Origin: an uncultured Candidatus Saccharibacteria bacterium
GTDB lineage: Bacteria > Patescibacteriota > Saccharimonadia > Saccharimonadales > UBA4665
Length of the DNA stretch: 64,000 nucleotides
Direction of reading: 5' to 3'
Assembly: GCA_963707285.1 (NCBI GenBank)
Contig: CAVPPA010000005.1
Location: 66,180 to 130,179, forward strand
The position numbers and the translations under genes were made by a program. Within the stretch, counting starts at the first letter, position 1. Each line of letters starts with the position of its first letter. Shown in pieces: positions 28,319 through 37,751 of this stretch. Below the pieces are notes generated by a model. The model was given only the letters and a program-made list of their open reading frames with translations, was not told where the DNA came from and searched no databases.

Positions 28319-30502
28319 ATGGCAACTAAAAATAAAAGACAGTCAAAGAAAAAACAACCTGTACTAAAGGAAACAAGTGAAAAATCGCCATTTCCAGCGT
28401 TTGCCGGGGCTGCGCTACTCTGTTTACTGGCAGTCTTCTTTCTGTTTGGTGGTTTTGGCGGTGGCGGTTTATTACCGGTAAATTTATTCCACGGAGCTTA
28501 TGACCTTCTCGGTTGGAGTGCCTATTTAGTGCCTGTCGCCCTAGTCTATTGGGGCGTCGTTATATTCGTTAGTGAAGAACATCGCCTCACTTTGCCCAAA
28601 TTTGCTGGTATGGCTTGTATATTGGTGTTTTCAGCTAGTCTTTTATATGTCAGTTTTGCTACCAAAAGCCCAGACGGCCTTTTGCGAGGCGGTCATGGTG
28701 GCGGTATAGGACAAATTTTAGGTAGCGGCACGCTTGGAGTTTTGGATAAAGTCCCCGCAGCCATATTATTTTTTGTGCTGACACTTCTCGCCGTATTTTT
28801 CGCTTTTGGTATTTCACCAAAGATTATCATGAGTATTTTCGGAGCGTTTAGGCATAAACCAGATAGTGATGAAGCAAATGATCTGGCCAGCTTGAAAGCA
28901 AAAGCTGATCCAGGATTCCAACTGAACGAGGGTGTACCGATTGTACATCATGATACGATCCCGATGAGTAGCCTCAGAAATACGACCCAAAAACTGATGC
29001 CAGCGGCTCGTCAAGATGCTCTAACAACAGCCAGCGACCCAGACTGGCAATTTCCCGGCCTTAATTTATTAGACCAGAAACAAGATAAAGCCGATGCCGG
29101 CAATGTTAATGCCAATGCCGCTATAATCCGAGACACTTTAGCCAATTTCAATATAGAAGTAGAGATGGAAGGGGCAAACGTTGGACCACGCTTAACCCAA
29201 TATACCCTGAAACCCCCATCAGGTATTAAACTAGGCAGAATTACCGCTCTCGATAATAACCTAGCTCTAGACCTTGCTGCCCATTCTATCCGTATTGAGG
29301 CACCTATTCCGGGTAAGCGTGCCGTCGGCGTAGAGGTGCCGAACTTAAGATCGGCAACCGTGCGATTAAGCTCAATGTTTACCTCGCAAGAGTGGCAAAA
29401 CTTAAATAGCCCAATTGGCTTTGCCATCGGTAAAGACATAGCTGGTGTACCGGTCGTTGCCGATCTTGATAACATGCCGCATCTACTAATTGCCGGACAA
29501 ACCGGTTCGGGTAAATCAGTCATGATTAACACACTTCTAACCAGTTTCTTATATCGAAATTCTCCATCTGATTTAAAACTGATACTGGTCGATCCCAAAC
29601 AAGTCGAGCTAAAACCATATGATGATATTCCGCATTTATTGACGCCAGTTATTACCGAGCCAGAAAGGTGTATTAGCGCCCTTAAATGGGCGACTGTCGA
29701 AATGGAACGCCGTTACCGTGCCTTGGTTGAAGTCGGCAAGCGCAATATAACTGAATACAATGCCCTGAAAAAGGAAGAAGGTATGCCCTATATTGTAATT
29801 GTGATAGATGAGTTAGCCGATCTTATGATGTTGGCGTCGCGTGATGTAGAAAATTTAATTGTCCGGATTGCTCAAAAGGCTAGGGCAGTTGGCATTCATT
29901 TGGTCCTGGCAACCCAGAGGCCAAGCGTTGATGTTATCACGGGTCTTATTAAAGCTAACTTTCCGGCTCGGATCGCCTTTACCACCGCCTCTCAAGTCGA
30001 TTCGCGGACAATAATCGATCAAGTTGGGGCTGAAAAATTACTTGGTCAAGGCGATATGCTGCTGATGACAGCCGAAATGTCAAAACCCAAACGGGTTCAA
30101 GGAGCCTTTATCGGCGAACAGGAAACAACTCGGGTAACAGACTTTATCCGGATGCAACGACCGCCTCAATACAATGACGAAGTCGTTAGCCAACCTGTCG
30201 TATTAAACGGTAGGGGTGGTATTGTCGCCGATTACGGCACGAATGATGCGGACGATGATATGTTCAAAGATGCGGTGCGTTGTGTTATTGAAGGACGCAA
30301 GGCTAGTACCAGTTTATTGCAACGGCGTTTAAGAATCGGTTATGGTCGGGCTGCTCGTCTGATTGAAGCAATGGAAGAACAGGGAATAGTGGGACCTGCT
30401 GACGGATCGCGTCCTCGAGAAGTGCTTGTTGGTAGCATGGACGCAGTGTTCGGCAATAATGATGTTACCTCAGATACAAGCGACCTAGCAGAAGTTGAAT
30501 AA
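28319..30502 (+). CDS. ftsK: DNA translocase FtsK/SpoIIIE
   Basis: N-terminal TM segments, Walker A GQTGSGKS, Walker B VIVIDELADLM and a gamma winged helix (LLQRRLRIGYGRAARLIE). Confidence 0.92.
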   Translation: MATKNKRQSKKKQPVLKETSEKSPFPAFAGAALLCLLAVFFLFGGFGGGGLLPVNLFHGAYDLLGWSAYLVPVALVYWGVVIFVSEEHRLTLPKFAGMACILVFSASLLYVSFATKSPDGLLRGGHGGGIGQILGSGTLGVLDKVPAAILFFVLTLLAVFFAFGISPKIIMSIFGAFRHKPDSDEANDLASLKAKADPGFQLNEGVPIVHHDTIPMSSLRNTTQKLMPAARQDALTTASDPDWQFPGLNLLDQKQDKADAGNVNANAAIIRDTLANFNIEVEMEGANVGPRLTQYTLKPPSGIKLGRITALDNNLALDLAAHSIRIEAPIPGKRAVGVEVPNLRSATVRLSSMFTSQEWQNLNSPIGFAIGKDIAGVPVVADLDNMPHLLIAGQTGSGKSVMINTLLTSFLYRNSPSDLKLILVDPKQVELKPYDDIPHLLTPVITEPERCISALKWATVEMERRYRALVEVGKRNITEYNALKKEEGMPYIVIVIDELADLMMLASRDVENLIVRIAQKARAVGIHLVLATQRPSVDVITGLIKANFPARIAFTTASQVDSRTIIDQVGAEKLLGQGDMLLMTAEMSKPKRVQGAFIGEQETTRVTDFIRMQRPPQYNDEVVSQPVVLNGRGGIVADYGTNDADDDMFKDAVRCVIEGRKASTSLLQRRLRIGYGRAARLIEAMEEQGIVGPADGSRPREVLVGSMDAVFGNNDVTSDTSDLAEVE

Positions 30503-30526
30503 AATAACTTAAACGATTGACCAACA

Positions 30527-30555
30527 GAGGTCAGTACTGTATACTTAGGCTTAAT
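30527..30555 (+). promoter_or_regulatory. sigma70-type promoter of the rpsF-ssb-rpsR cluster
   Basis: TTGACC, 17-nt spacer, TATACT. A leader of about 55 nt precedes the AAGGAG Shine-Dalgarno. Confidence 0.6.
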
Positions 30556-30612
30556 GTCAACTTAGTTTGTGGCCGACAAAGTGCGCACAGACTATAACCA
30601 AAGGAGTTTATC

Positions 30613-30996
30613 TTGAACCAATACGAAATTTCTATTTTGTATCATCCAGATTTGGAAATTGATTTGGATAAGGCTAGTAAGCGAGTCGAAAAAATATTTA
30701 CCGATAATGGCGGTAAGGTAACTAAAGTCGATAATTGGGGTAAGCGAAAACTAGCCTATCCGATCAAGAAAAATGAGCATGCTATCTATGTTTTCTATAT
30801 GGTTGATTTTCCGGCTTCCAACTTACAAAAAGTTGAAAGCACACTTAATATTACAGACGAAGTTATCCGATTTCTGATCACAAAACCAGATCTTAAAGCG
30901 ATGGCTAAAGCTGAAACCGAAAAAGCCAAATTATTGGCAAAACAAAGTGTCTATAGCGACACTGATTCAAGTGATAACGATGATACCGAAGAGTAG
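30613..30996 (+). CDS. rpsF: 30S ribosomal protein S6
   Basis: N-terminus NQYEISILYHPDLE and an acidic C-terminal tail. rpsF-ssb-rpsR synteny. Confidence 0.9.
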   Translation: MNQYEISILYHPDLEIDLDKASKRVEKIFTDNGGKVTKVDNWGKRKLAYPIKKNEHAIYVFYMVDFPASNLQKVESTLNITDEVIRFLITKPDLKAMAKAETEKAKLLAKQSVYSDTDSSDNDDTEE

Positions 30997-31037
30997 AGAG
31001 CAAGTGTACAATCGAACTAAATCGGAGGAGAAAAGTT

Positions 31038-31487
31038 ATGGCAAAAGGTTTTAATAAAGTAATCCTAATGGGGAATTTAACGCGTGATCCTGAAACACGG
31101 ACTACCCCTAGTGGTCAAAGCGTCACCAGCTTTACGGTAGCCGTTAATCGTACTTGGCGCAATCAGAGTGGTGAGTCTCAGGAGAGTGTAAGTTATATCG
31201 ATTGTGTCGCGTGGGGTAAACCGGGCGAAGTGATTGCTCAGTATTTGCAAAAGGGGCGAGCCTTACTCGTTAGTGGACGACTTGATCAGCGCAGTTGGGA
31301 AGACAAAGAAAGCGGCCAGAAGCGATCAAAAGTTGAAGTTATTGTGGAAGATTTCAATTTTGTAGATAGCCGAGGCAGCACAACAGACGTACCTGACAAA
31401 TCACCTAAGTCCAGTAAAAAAGAAGATGAAGTTGTCATTGAAGATATTGGCGATGAGCCAATTAATCTGGATGACATACCGTTTTAG
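31038..31487 (+). CDS. ssb: single-stranded DNA-binding protein
   Basis: OB-fold N-terminus (NKVILMGNLTRDPE) and acidic tip ending DDIPF. Confidence 0.92.
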   Translation: MAKGFNKVILMGNLTRDPETRTTPSGQSVTSFTVAVNRTWRNQSGESQESVSYIDCVAWGKPGEVIAQYLQKGRALLVSGRLDQRSWEDKESGQKRSKVEVIVEDFNFVDSRGSTTDVPDKSPKSSKKEDEVVIEDIGDEPINLDDIPF

Positions 31488-31554
31488 TAAATGATTTGTA
31501 ATTATGTAGTTGAACGCAATGCGTTCAGACTAGAAAGGAATGTATCGATAATCC

Positions 31555-31758
31555 ATGGCAAAAATTTTTAAACCAAAGACCGACGTAGCCTATTTTGATT
31601 ACAAGGATTTTAAAACCTTGCAACGCTATATTAACACCTATGGTCAAATTGAAACTCGAAAGAAAACCGGTCTCAATGAAGCTCAGCAGAGGCATCTAGC
31701 CCGAGCCATAAAGCGTGCTCGTCACATCGGTCTACTACCGTTCGTGGCAAGCAATTAG
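31555..31758 (+). CDS. rpsR: 30S ribosomal protein S18
   Basis: 67 aa with DYKDFKTLQRYI and ARAIKRARHIGLLPF motifs. Confidence 0.9.
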   Translation: MAKIFKPKTDVAYFDYKDFKTLQRYINTYGQIETRKKTGLNEAQQRHLARAIKRARHIGLLPFVASN

Positions 31759-31831
31759 GTGCTTCACATTTACGACTAAACTGTTAAAATTCTAAAACTT
31801 TTGGTACGAAGGAGTTAGTTTAAACTGTCAT

Positions 31832-32164
31832 ATGCCGCATGCGTCACCTTATCTTCTTATGCAAAGCCTGGAAAGAGCAGTCATGTCGATTTTAACGAAA
31901 CTAGACCTTTACGAACTTGATTCGTCGGCTCTACGAACTACTCACAACCTAAAGAAACGACTGATTGAAGTTCGACTAGATGTACGTGATTATGAATTGT
32001 CTGAAACGAGAGAAGAACAAGAAAGGAATGCGACGAACGGACAACGTAAACTCGAGGAAGTTCGACAAGCAATTTTGGCTTCAAGTGAACACAATATATT
32101 TAATCCTGTTGACGTAGCCCAATTAACAGCCCAAGTCGAACTTATCTCAGAATTATTAATATGA
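31832..32164 (+). CDS. hypothetical coiled-coil protein
   Basis: 110-aa charged helical ORF between rpsR and efp. No recognised domain, and the start is uncertain. Confidence 0.4.
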   Translation: MPHASPYLLMQSLERAVMSILTKLDLYELDSSALRTTHNLKKRLIEVRLDVRDYELSETREEQERNATNGQRKLEEVRQAILASSEHNIFNPVDVAQLTAQVELISELLI

Positions 32165-32174
32165 GGATAAAAAT

Positions 32175-32741
32175 ATGGCTTTAAATATTACCGAACTAAA
32201 AAAAGGCAGACTATTTCAACTTGACGGTGTGCCTTTTCGAGTTATTGATTATTCTCAAAAAGTAATGGGTCGAGGCGGCTCAATTGTAAACGTGCGGGTA
32301 AAAAGTCTGCTCGACGGTAGAGTGCTTGATAAAACTTTTAAGGGTAATGAACAACTCGAAACCGCCGATATTACAAACCAGAGCGTGCAATACCTATACA
32401 CAGACGGTAAGTCATTGTATTTTATGAATCCAACGACATTTGAGCAATTTGATGTACCAAAAGATTCGGTCGGTGATTATACATCTTATATAAGGGAAGG
32501 TGACTTAGTCAGCTTGCAATTTTTTGAGAGTAATCCTATAACAGTCGAACTTCCTAAGAATGTACCACTTAAAGTAACCCAAACCGAATCGGTTGTTAGA
32601 GGAGATACCAGCACGGCTATTACCAAAGAAGCGATCTTGGAAACAGGATTAAGCATCAAAGTACCTGCTTTTATAAAAATCGGAGATATTATCTCGGTAG
32701 ACACTTCAACGGGAACGTACCGAGAACGGGTGAAAGAGTAA
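32175..32741 (+). CDS. efp: elongation factor P
   Basis: 188 aa colinear with EF-P. The loop reads KVMGRGGS, with Arg33 at the position of the modified Lys/Arg. Confidence 0.9.
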   Translation: MALNITELKKGRLFQLDGVPFRVIDYSQKVMGRGGSIVNVRVKSLLDGRVLDKTFKGNEQLETADITNQSVQYLYTDGKSLYFMNPTTFEQFDVPKDSVGDYTSYIREGDLVSLQFFESNPITVELPKNVPLKVTQTESVVRGDTSTAITKEAILETGLSIKVPAFIKIGDIISVDTSTGTYRERVKE

Positions 32742-32756
32742 ATAGTTGGTCGCTTT

Positions 32757-33485
32757 ATGAGTAAAATATGGCTTACTCAATTAATGCTTGAAAGAGGTCT
32801 TGTGTCATCTCGAAGTCAGGCTGAGAGCTATATAAAATTAGGCGATATCGTAGTTAACGGTAAGGTTATTACACGGATAAAGACTCTGGTCGAAGAACAT
32901 GACGATGTAAAACTGAATATATCTAAACAATATGTTGGGCGGGCAGGACTAAAACTGGACAGCGTTGCCGATGCGTTTAAGCTCGATTTTCGCGATAAAA
33001 TAGTCTTGGATGTCGGCAGTTCAACCGGTGGATTTACCGACTTTGCGCTGCAGCACGGCGCTCAAAAAGTGGTGGCTGTAGAATTGGGCACGAACCAACT
33101 CCATCCGAATTTGAAGCATCATCCCAGCATAGAACTACATGAAAAAACTGACATTCGTGATTTTAAACCATCGCAACGATTTGACATTGTATTAATTGAT
33201 GTATCATTTATATCGTTGCGAGATATCTTGCCGTACATTGCCATATTTTCAAGCGCAAATACTAATATAGTAGCTATGGTAAAACCGCAATTTGAAGTGT
33301 CGAATATAAATTACAAACATAAAGGAATAATTAAAAATGACCGAATTAGACGCGATATTTTTAAGCTGTTTGAAATCTGGTCCAAAGATCAGTTTACAAT
33401 TATTAATAAAGCCGATTCTAGTGTAAGTGGTGCCAAGGGTAATCAAGAACGGTTTTATCTATTACGAATAATTACCCACTTGTAG
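32757..33485 (+). CDS. tlyA: TlyA-family rRNA 2'-O-methyltransferase
   Basis: N-terminal S4 domain plus an FtsJ-type SAM motif, VLDVGSSTGGFTD. Confidence 0.85.
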   Translation: MSKIWLTQLMLERGLVSSRSQAESYIKLGDIVVNGKVITRIKTLVEEHDDVKLNISKQYVGRAGLKLDSVADAFKLDFRDKIVLDVGSSTGGFTDFALQHGAQKVVAVELGTNQLHPNLKHHPSIELHEKTDIRDFKPSQRFDIVLIDVSFISLRDILPYIAIFSSANTNIVAMVKPQFEVSNINYKHKGIIKNDRIRRDIFKLFEIWSKDQFTIINKADSSVSGAKGNQERFYLLRIITHL

Positions 33486-33556
33486 ATGACGGATAAATTT
33501 AGTATATCCATGAGCATTTTCGATAAGTCAAAGTCATAATGCTAGACTAATAAGAT

Positions 33557-34213
33557 ATGTACTTTGCGAGTCGAACCCAAGCTGGACACATGCTCGCCAA
33601 TCGATTGCTACCAAAGTATCGCTACGAAAACTGTGCAGTTGTAGCATTGAGCGATGGGGGGGTTGTTGTCGGAGCGCAAATTGCTACAGCATTGCACTGC
33701 GTGTTATCGCTTTTACTCAGTGAAGAAATTACTCTGCCTCGAGAGCCAGAAGCCGTCGGTGGAATAAGCCAGGATGGTTCGATGTCTTATAACCAAGGCT
33801 ACTCTCCAGGCGAGCTCGATGAACTAGTGGGTGAATATTATCAGTACATTGAACAAGAAAAGCTAGTTAAAATTCATGAATTGAACCGCTTGGTGGGTAG
33901 AGGGAATACCGTTGATAAACGATTACTTGCCGGTCGAAATGTAATTCTTGTTTCCGATGGACTGAGTAGTGGATTTGCTATTGACCTAGCAGCAACTTTT
34001 TTAAAGACAATTCCGATTGAAAAGATGATTGTGGCAACACCACTCGCCAGCGTTCAAGCGGTCGATCGAATACATGTGACTGCCGATGAAATCTATTGTT
34101 TAAGCGTCGTCGAAAACTACATGTCGACCGATCATTACTATGATCAAAGAGATATTCCACCCCACGAAAAGATTATTGAAATAATCGAAAAAGTCATTCT
34201 GAACTGGAAGTAG
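33557..34213 (+). CDS. phosphoribosyltransferase family protein
   Basis: PRPP-binding motif NVILVSDGLSSGFA. TGCTAGACT lies 8 nt upstream of the ATG. Confidence 0.7.
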   Translation: MYFASRTQAGHMLANRLLPKYRYENCAVVALSDGGVVVGAQIATALHCVLSLLLSEEITLPREPEAVGGISQDGSMSYNQGYSPGELDELVGEYYQYIEQEKLVKIHELNRLVGRGNTVDKRLLAGRNVILVSDGLSSGFAIDLAATFLKTIPIEKMIVATPLASVQAVDRIHVTADEIYCLSVVENYMSTDHYYDQRDIPPHEKIIEIIEKVILNWK

Positions 34214-34877
34214 ATCCAATTTGGTGGGATAAATACGACTGTAATTTTTCGACATCCTTTAATAATAGTCTTGATGAATCTTTGGCAATCAAACCTTTAC
34301 GTTCTAGTCCGGAAAGTTCACGACTTGTAGTTTCGCGGGATGAATTAATTGAACTTGCTATATCCTGATGTCTGAGTGGAACGTCAATCAATAGCCCTTT
34401 TGAAGTTTCGACCCCGAAGCGATGGGACATTGTAAGTAAAAATGAAATAATACGCTCTCGAACCGACCGATATTCTAAATTCATAATACGTTCACTGTGT
34501 AAACGGTACATTTCCATTGTCATGTCCATTAGTGGGGCTAATGCAGAGGGGCTTTTACGCATAAAATCGACAAATTCTTGTCTAGTGACTCGCAGGGTTG
34601 TGGTTGTCACAAGAGCTCGATAAATAATATTTCTTTCTTGTCCTGTCATAGCCCATATAAGCGGAAAAACTTCATGGTCTTTACGGACTATCAAAAGATT
34701 CTCATCTCCATATCTGGTAATATCATAAGCTTTAACTAAACCTTCTGAGATATAAAAAACACCCGGTGGTTGTTCACCGGGCCGAATAATATAGTCACCT
34801 TTCTGATAGGTGGCCTTAAAACCTTTCCTACGGAAAAAGTCCACCAGCTCTGCCGTTTGTCTCAAGGTCGCGAGCAT
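34194..34877 (-). CDS. Crp/Fnr-family transcriptional regulator
   Basis: cNMP-binding-like beta-roll and a C-terminal HTH (RETTSRELSGLERKGLI). TATAGT lies 6 nt upstream of the ATG on the minus strand. Confidence 0.8.
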   Translation of the reverse strand: MLATLRQTAELVDFFRRKGFKATYQKGDYIIRPGEQPPGVFYISEGLVKAYDITRYGDENLLIVRKDHEVFPLIWAMTGQERNIIYRALVTTTTLRVTRQEFVDFMRKSPSALAPLMDMTMEMYRLHSERIMNLEYRSVRERIISFLLTMSHRFGVETSKGLLIDVPLRHQDIASSINSSRETTSRELSGLERKGLIAKDSSRLLLKDVEKLQSYLSHQIGSTSSSE

Positions 34878-35010
34878 ATCCTAACTATAAGTGTAAATTG
34901 GGTTTGGGGCAAGATTTGTGACGAATATCTCTCAGAAGATGTAAGTATTCTCATCGATAAGATACGAGCGTAAGACTACTATAAGGGTATTCGATAAGGA
35001 GGGCACAACG

Positions 35011-35778
35011 ATGATAAGTAGGAGTACTTTAGATAAGCAACTCAAACAAATTCACTTTAATCAACAGGGTTGGGGGAGAAGTGAAGCTCAAGAATTGTGC
35101 AATGTTTTAATGCCGACTGAAGAAATAGACGAATGCGTAAACGGTTATTATGAAGCTGGATTTGCCCTTCTGGTTGCTACAAAAGATCGTTTACTACTCG
35201 TTGATAAAAAACCGCTTAATTATCTAACTATCGAAGATATGCGTTTTGATATGATCAATGAGTTTGACTATAATCATCGATTGCTAGGAGCCGAAATTAA
35301 AATTAGTGCTGGCGCCAAAACCCTGCACTTCAGAAGTCTCAATAAAATCCGTTTGCGCCGCTTGATTAGCTTTGTGCAGTATCGGATGACGGAAATTAAG
35401 AAACTTCAACAAAGTCACCAAGAGTCCCAGAAAGCTCACTTGGAACGGATGAATCAACAGTTGCAGATGTTTTTGGCAATTCAACAGTATCAACATCAGC
35501 AACAGCAGCTCCTTCAACAACATGGAGCAGCTAACCCATCACCCATTGCTATGCAGTATTCACCAAACTCAATATTAACTAGCTCTATAAGCGACGATCC
35601 AACATTTCAATCAGATTCAAATCACATATCGCCAGCTCAGCTTGGTATTGCAGCAATGAAGCGTGTCGTGCCCGTTATAGGGGCTTACACAAGATTACCG
35701 CTTATGAGCCAGCGTTACAGATTCAAGAGCGGTCATGTTGCATCTCAAACTACTTCTCCATTGCAGACTACTTACTAA
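35011..35778 (+). CDS. bacterial PH-domain (YokE-like) protein with Gln-rich linker
   Basis: The N-terminal ~130 aa are PH-like (LLLVDKKPLNYLTIEDMRFDMI). They are followed by QQYQHQQQQLLQQH and a low-complexity tail. Confidence 0.5.
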   Translation: MISRSTLDKQLKQIHFNQQGWGRSEAQELCNVLMPTEEIDECVNGYYEAGFALLVATKDRLLLVDKKPLNYLTIEDMRFDMINEFDYNHRLLGAEIKISAGAKTLHFRSLNKIRLRRLISFVQYRMTEIKKLQQSHQESQKAHLERMNQQLQMFLAIQQYQHQQQQLLQQHGAANPSPIAMQYSPNSILTSSISDDPTFQSDSNHISPAQLGIAAMKRVVPVIGAYTRLPLMSQRYRFKSGHVASQTTSPLQTTY

Positions 35779-36859
35779 CATTGAACCTAAATTCTACAAC
35801 ATCGTTGGGTTGCATGATGTAGTCTTTGCCTTCAGTTCTGATCTTACCAGCCGCTCTTGCAGCCGCTTCTGAACCGCTGTTGATTAAATCATCGTAATCG
35901 ATTATTTGGGCAGCAATAAAGCCACGCTCAAAATCACCGTGAATGGTACCGGCTGCCTGAGGGGCAGTACTACCTTTCGTGATAGTCCATGCTCGTACCT
36001 CCTTAGATCCAGCAGTCAGGAAGCTTTGAAGACCAAGAATATCGTAAGAAGTGTGAATGAGCTGAATAAGTCCAGATTCTTTGACTCCGTAACTGTTTAA
36101 TAATTCTCGAGAGTCAAGTTCATTAAGTTCATGTAATTCGCTTTCAAGCTTTGCACAAATAAACAAAGCTTTGTTAGGGGCAACTAAATCAGAGAACTGC
36201 CGCTTTTTAGTATCATCAACAAGATCTAATTCGTTTACATTGAAGACAAAAATAACTGGCTTTAGGGTGATAAGTTGAAGTTCCTTTTGTATCCAACCAC
36301 TAAAACTCTTTATTTTACCGCTCGCTGAAAGTGGAATTCCCTCTTCAAGTATATTTTTAATTTGTGATAATTCGTCAACTAAAGAATATAACTTAGGATT
36401 AGCTTTAGCTTCTTTTTCTAAACGAGGTAATCTTTTGTTTACTGTTTGTAAATCCGCAATTACCAACTCAGTATTAACTATGTCAATATCTCGCTTTGGG
36501 TTGAGCTCTTTATTCACATGAATGACATTATTGTCATTAAAAGTACGAACTACTTGAATAATTGTACTAGTAGAACGAATATGACCTAGAAATTGATTTC
36601 CTAAACCTTCGCCATTACTTGCGCCTTTAACAAGACCCGCAATATCTATAAATGATGCAGTTGCAGGTATGATCCGTTCAGTATTATAAATATCCGCTAG
36701 TTTATGAAGTCGAAAGTCTGGTATAGGCACTATACCCGTATTTGGTTCAATAGTCGCAAAGGGATAATTAGCAGCTAAAACATTATTATTAGTAATTGCA
36801 TTGAATAGAGTCGACTTACCGACATTCGGCAATCCTATTATTCCGATACCTAAGCTCAA
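35768..36859 (-). CDS. ychF: redox-regulated ATPase YchF
   Basis: G1 motif GIIGLPNVGKSTLFNA and a C-terminal TGS-like domain. TTG start with an AAGG Shine-Dalgarno. Confidence 0.9.
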   Translation of the reverse strand: MSLGIGIIGLPNVGKSTLFNAITNNNVLAANYPFATIEPNTGIVPIPDFRLHKLADIYNTERIIPATASFIDIAGLVKGASNGEGLGNQFLGHIRSTSTIIQVVRTFNDNNVIHVNKELNPKRDIDIVNTELVIADLQTVNKRLPRLEKEAKANPKLYSLVDELSQIKNILEEGIPLSASGKIKSFSGWIQKELQLITLKPVIFVFNVNELDLVDDTKKRQFSDLVAPNKALFICAKLESELHELNELDSRELLNSYGVKESGLIQLIHTSYDILGLQSFLTAGSKEVRAWTITKGSTAPQAAGTIHGDFERGFIAAQIIDYDDLINSGSEAAARAAGKIRTEGKDYIMQPNDVVEFRFNVSK

Positions 36860-36929
36860 AGTTCAGCCTTAGTTTTCATATCTGTTAATTGTAACATAAA
36901 TTAAGGTAAGGTTACTATAAAAGTAAGAC

Positions 36930-36958
36930 TTGACATAATGTATTACTTTATATAATAT
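36930..36958 (+). promoter_or_regulatory. promoter of vapBC
   Basis: TTGACA (36930-36935), 17-nt spacer, TAATAT (36953-36958). The ATG is 7 nt downstream, so the transcript is probably leaderless. Confidence 0.55.
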
Positions 36959-36965
36959 AATACTT

Positions 36966-37262
36966 ATGACATACACGACTACCGTGACCAGTAAAGGACA
37001 AGTAACCATACCGGCAGCTATACGCCGCAACTTGGGAATTAAGGCTGGCGAATCTGTTCGTTTCAAACTAGTAGATAGAAACCAAGTAGTTGTTGAAAAA
37101 AACGATTGGAAAAGGGGACTCAATGAATTACACATTGAGGTAGCTGCACATTTGAAAAAGCACAACATTAAACCTCTTACAGATGAAGAACTCGATAATG
37201 CTATAAACGACGCAGCTCAACAAGCGTCAATTGATCGGTATAAGCGAAGTCTGGAATCATAA
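36966..37262 (+). CDS. vapB: AbrB/SpoVT-family antitoxin (VapB-like)
   Basis: SpoVT/AbrB swapped-hairpin motif SKGQVTIPAAIRRNLGIKAGESV, immediately upstream of a PIN gene. Confidence 0.8.
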   Translation: MTYTTTVTSKGQVTIPAAIRRNLGIKAGESVRFKLVDRNQVVVEKNDWKRGLNELHIEVAAHLKKHNIKPLTDEELDNAINDAAQQASIDRYKRSLES

Positions 37263-37268
37263 TGATTT

Positions 37269-37676
37269 ATGAAAAGTCTTGATACTAATATTACACTCCG
37301 TTTGTTGCTTCGTGATGTACCCGCACAGCTTCAAAAAGTAATAGATTTAATAGACAACTCAAAGTCTAGTAGTTTAGGTATTGCAGATGCTGTATTTTTT
37401 GAATGTGTATGGATTTTATCAGGCAAGCAATATGATTTTAAACGCGAATTAATTGGCAAACTATTGCTACAAATCGCAGATATACCACAAGTTAGCTGTA
37501 ATCGACCATTGTTAGAAAAAGCTATTCCATTGTATGTAAGGCATAAAAATATTTCATTTGTAGATGCGTATTTAGCAGTCTATGCAGAACTTAACGACGC
37601 TATGCCATTATTGACTTTCGATAAAAAGCTTGCAGCAACATTACCAAAATCTGTTGCGGTGCTTGGAGTTGAATAA
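37269..37676 (+). CDS. vapC: PIN-domain ribonuclease toxin (VapC-like)
   Basis: 135 aa with N-terminal LDTNI (catalytic Asp) and later acidic residues (FVDAY). There is a 6-nt gap after vapB. Confidence 0.8.
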   Translation: MKSLDTNITLRLLLRDVPAQLQKVIDLIDNSKSSSLGIADAVFFECVWILSGKQYDFKRELIGKLLLQIADIPQVSCNRPLLEKAIPLYVRHKNISFVDAYLAVYAELNDAMPLLTFDKKLAATLPKSVAVLGVE

Positions 37677-37751
37677 GAGAGATATCAACATTCATCAAAA
37701 GTAGGGTTGAAAAATTTAGTAACAATTCAAATTAAATCTAGAAACGCAATC

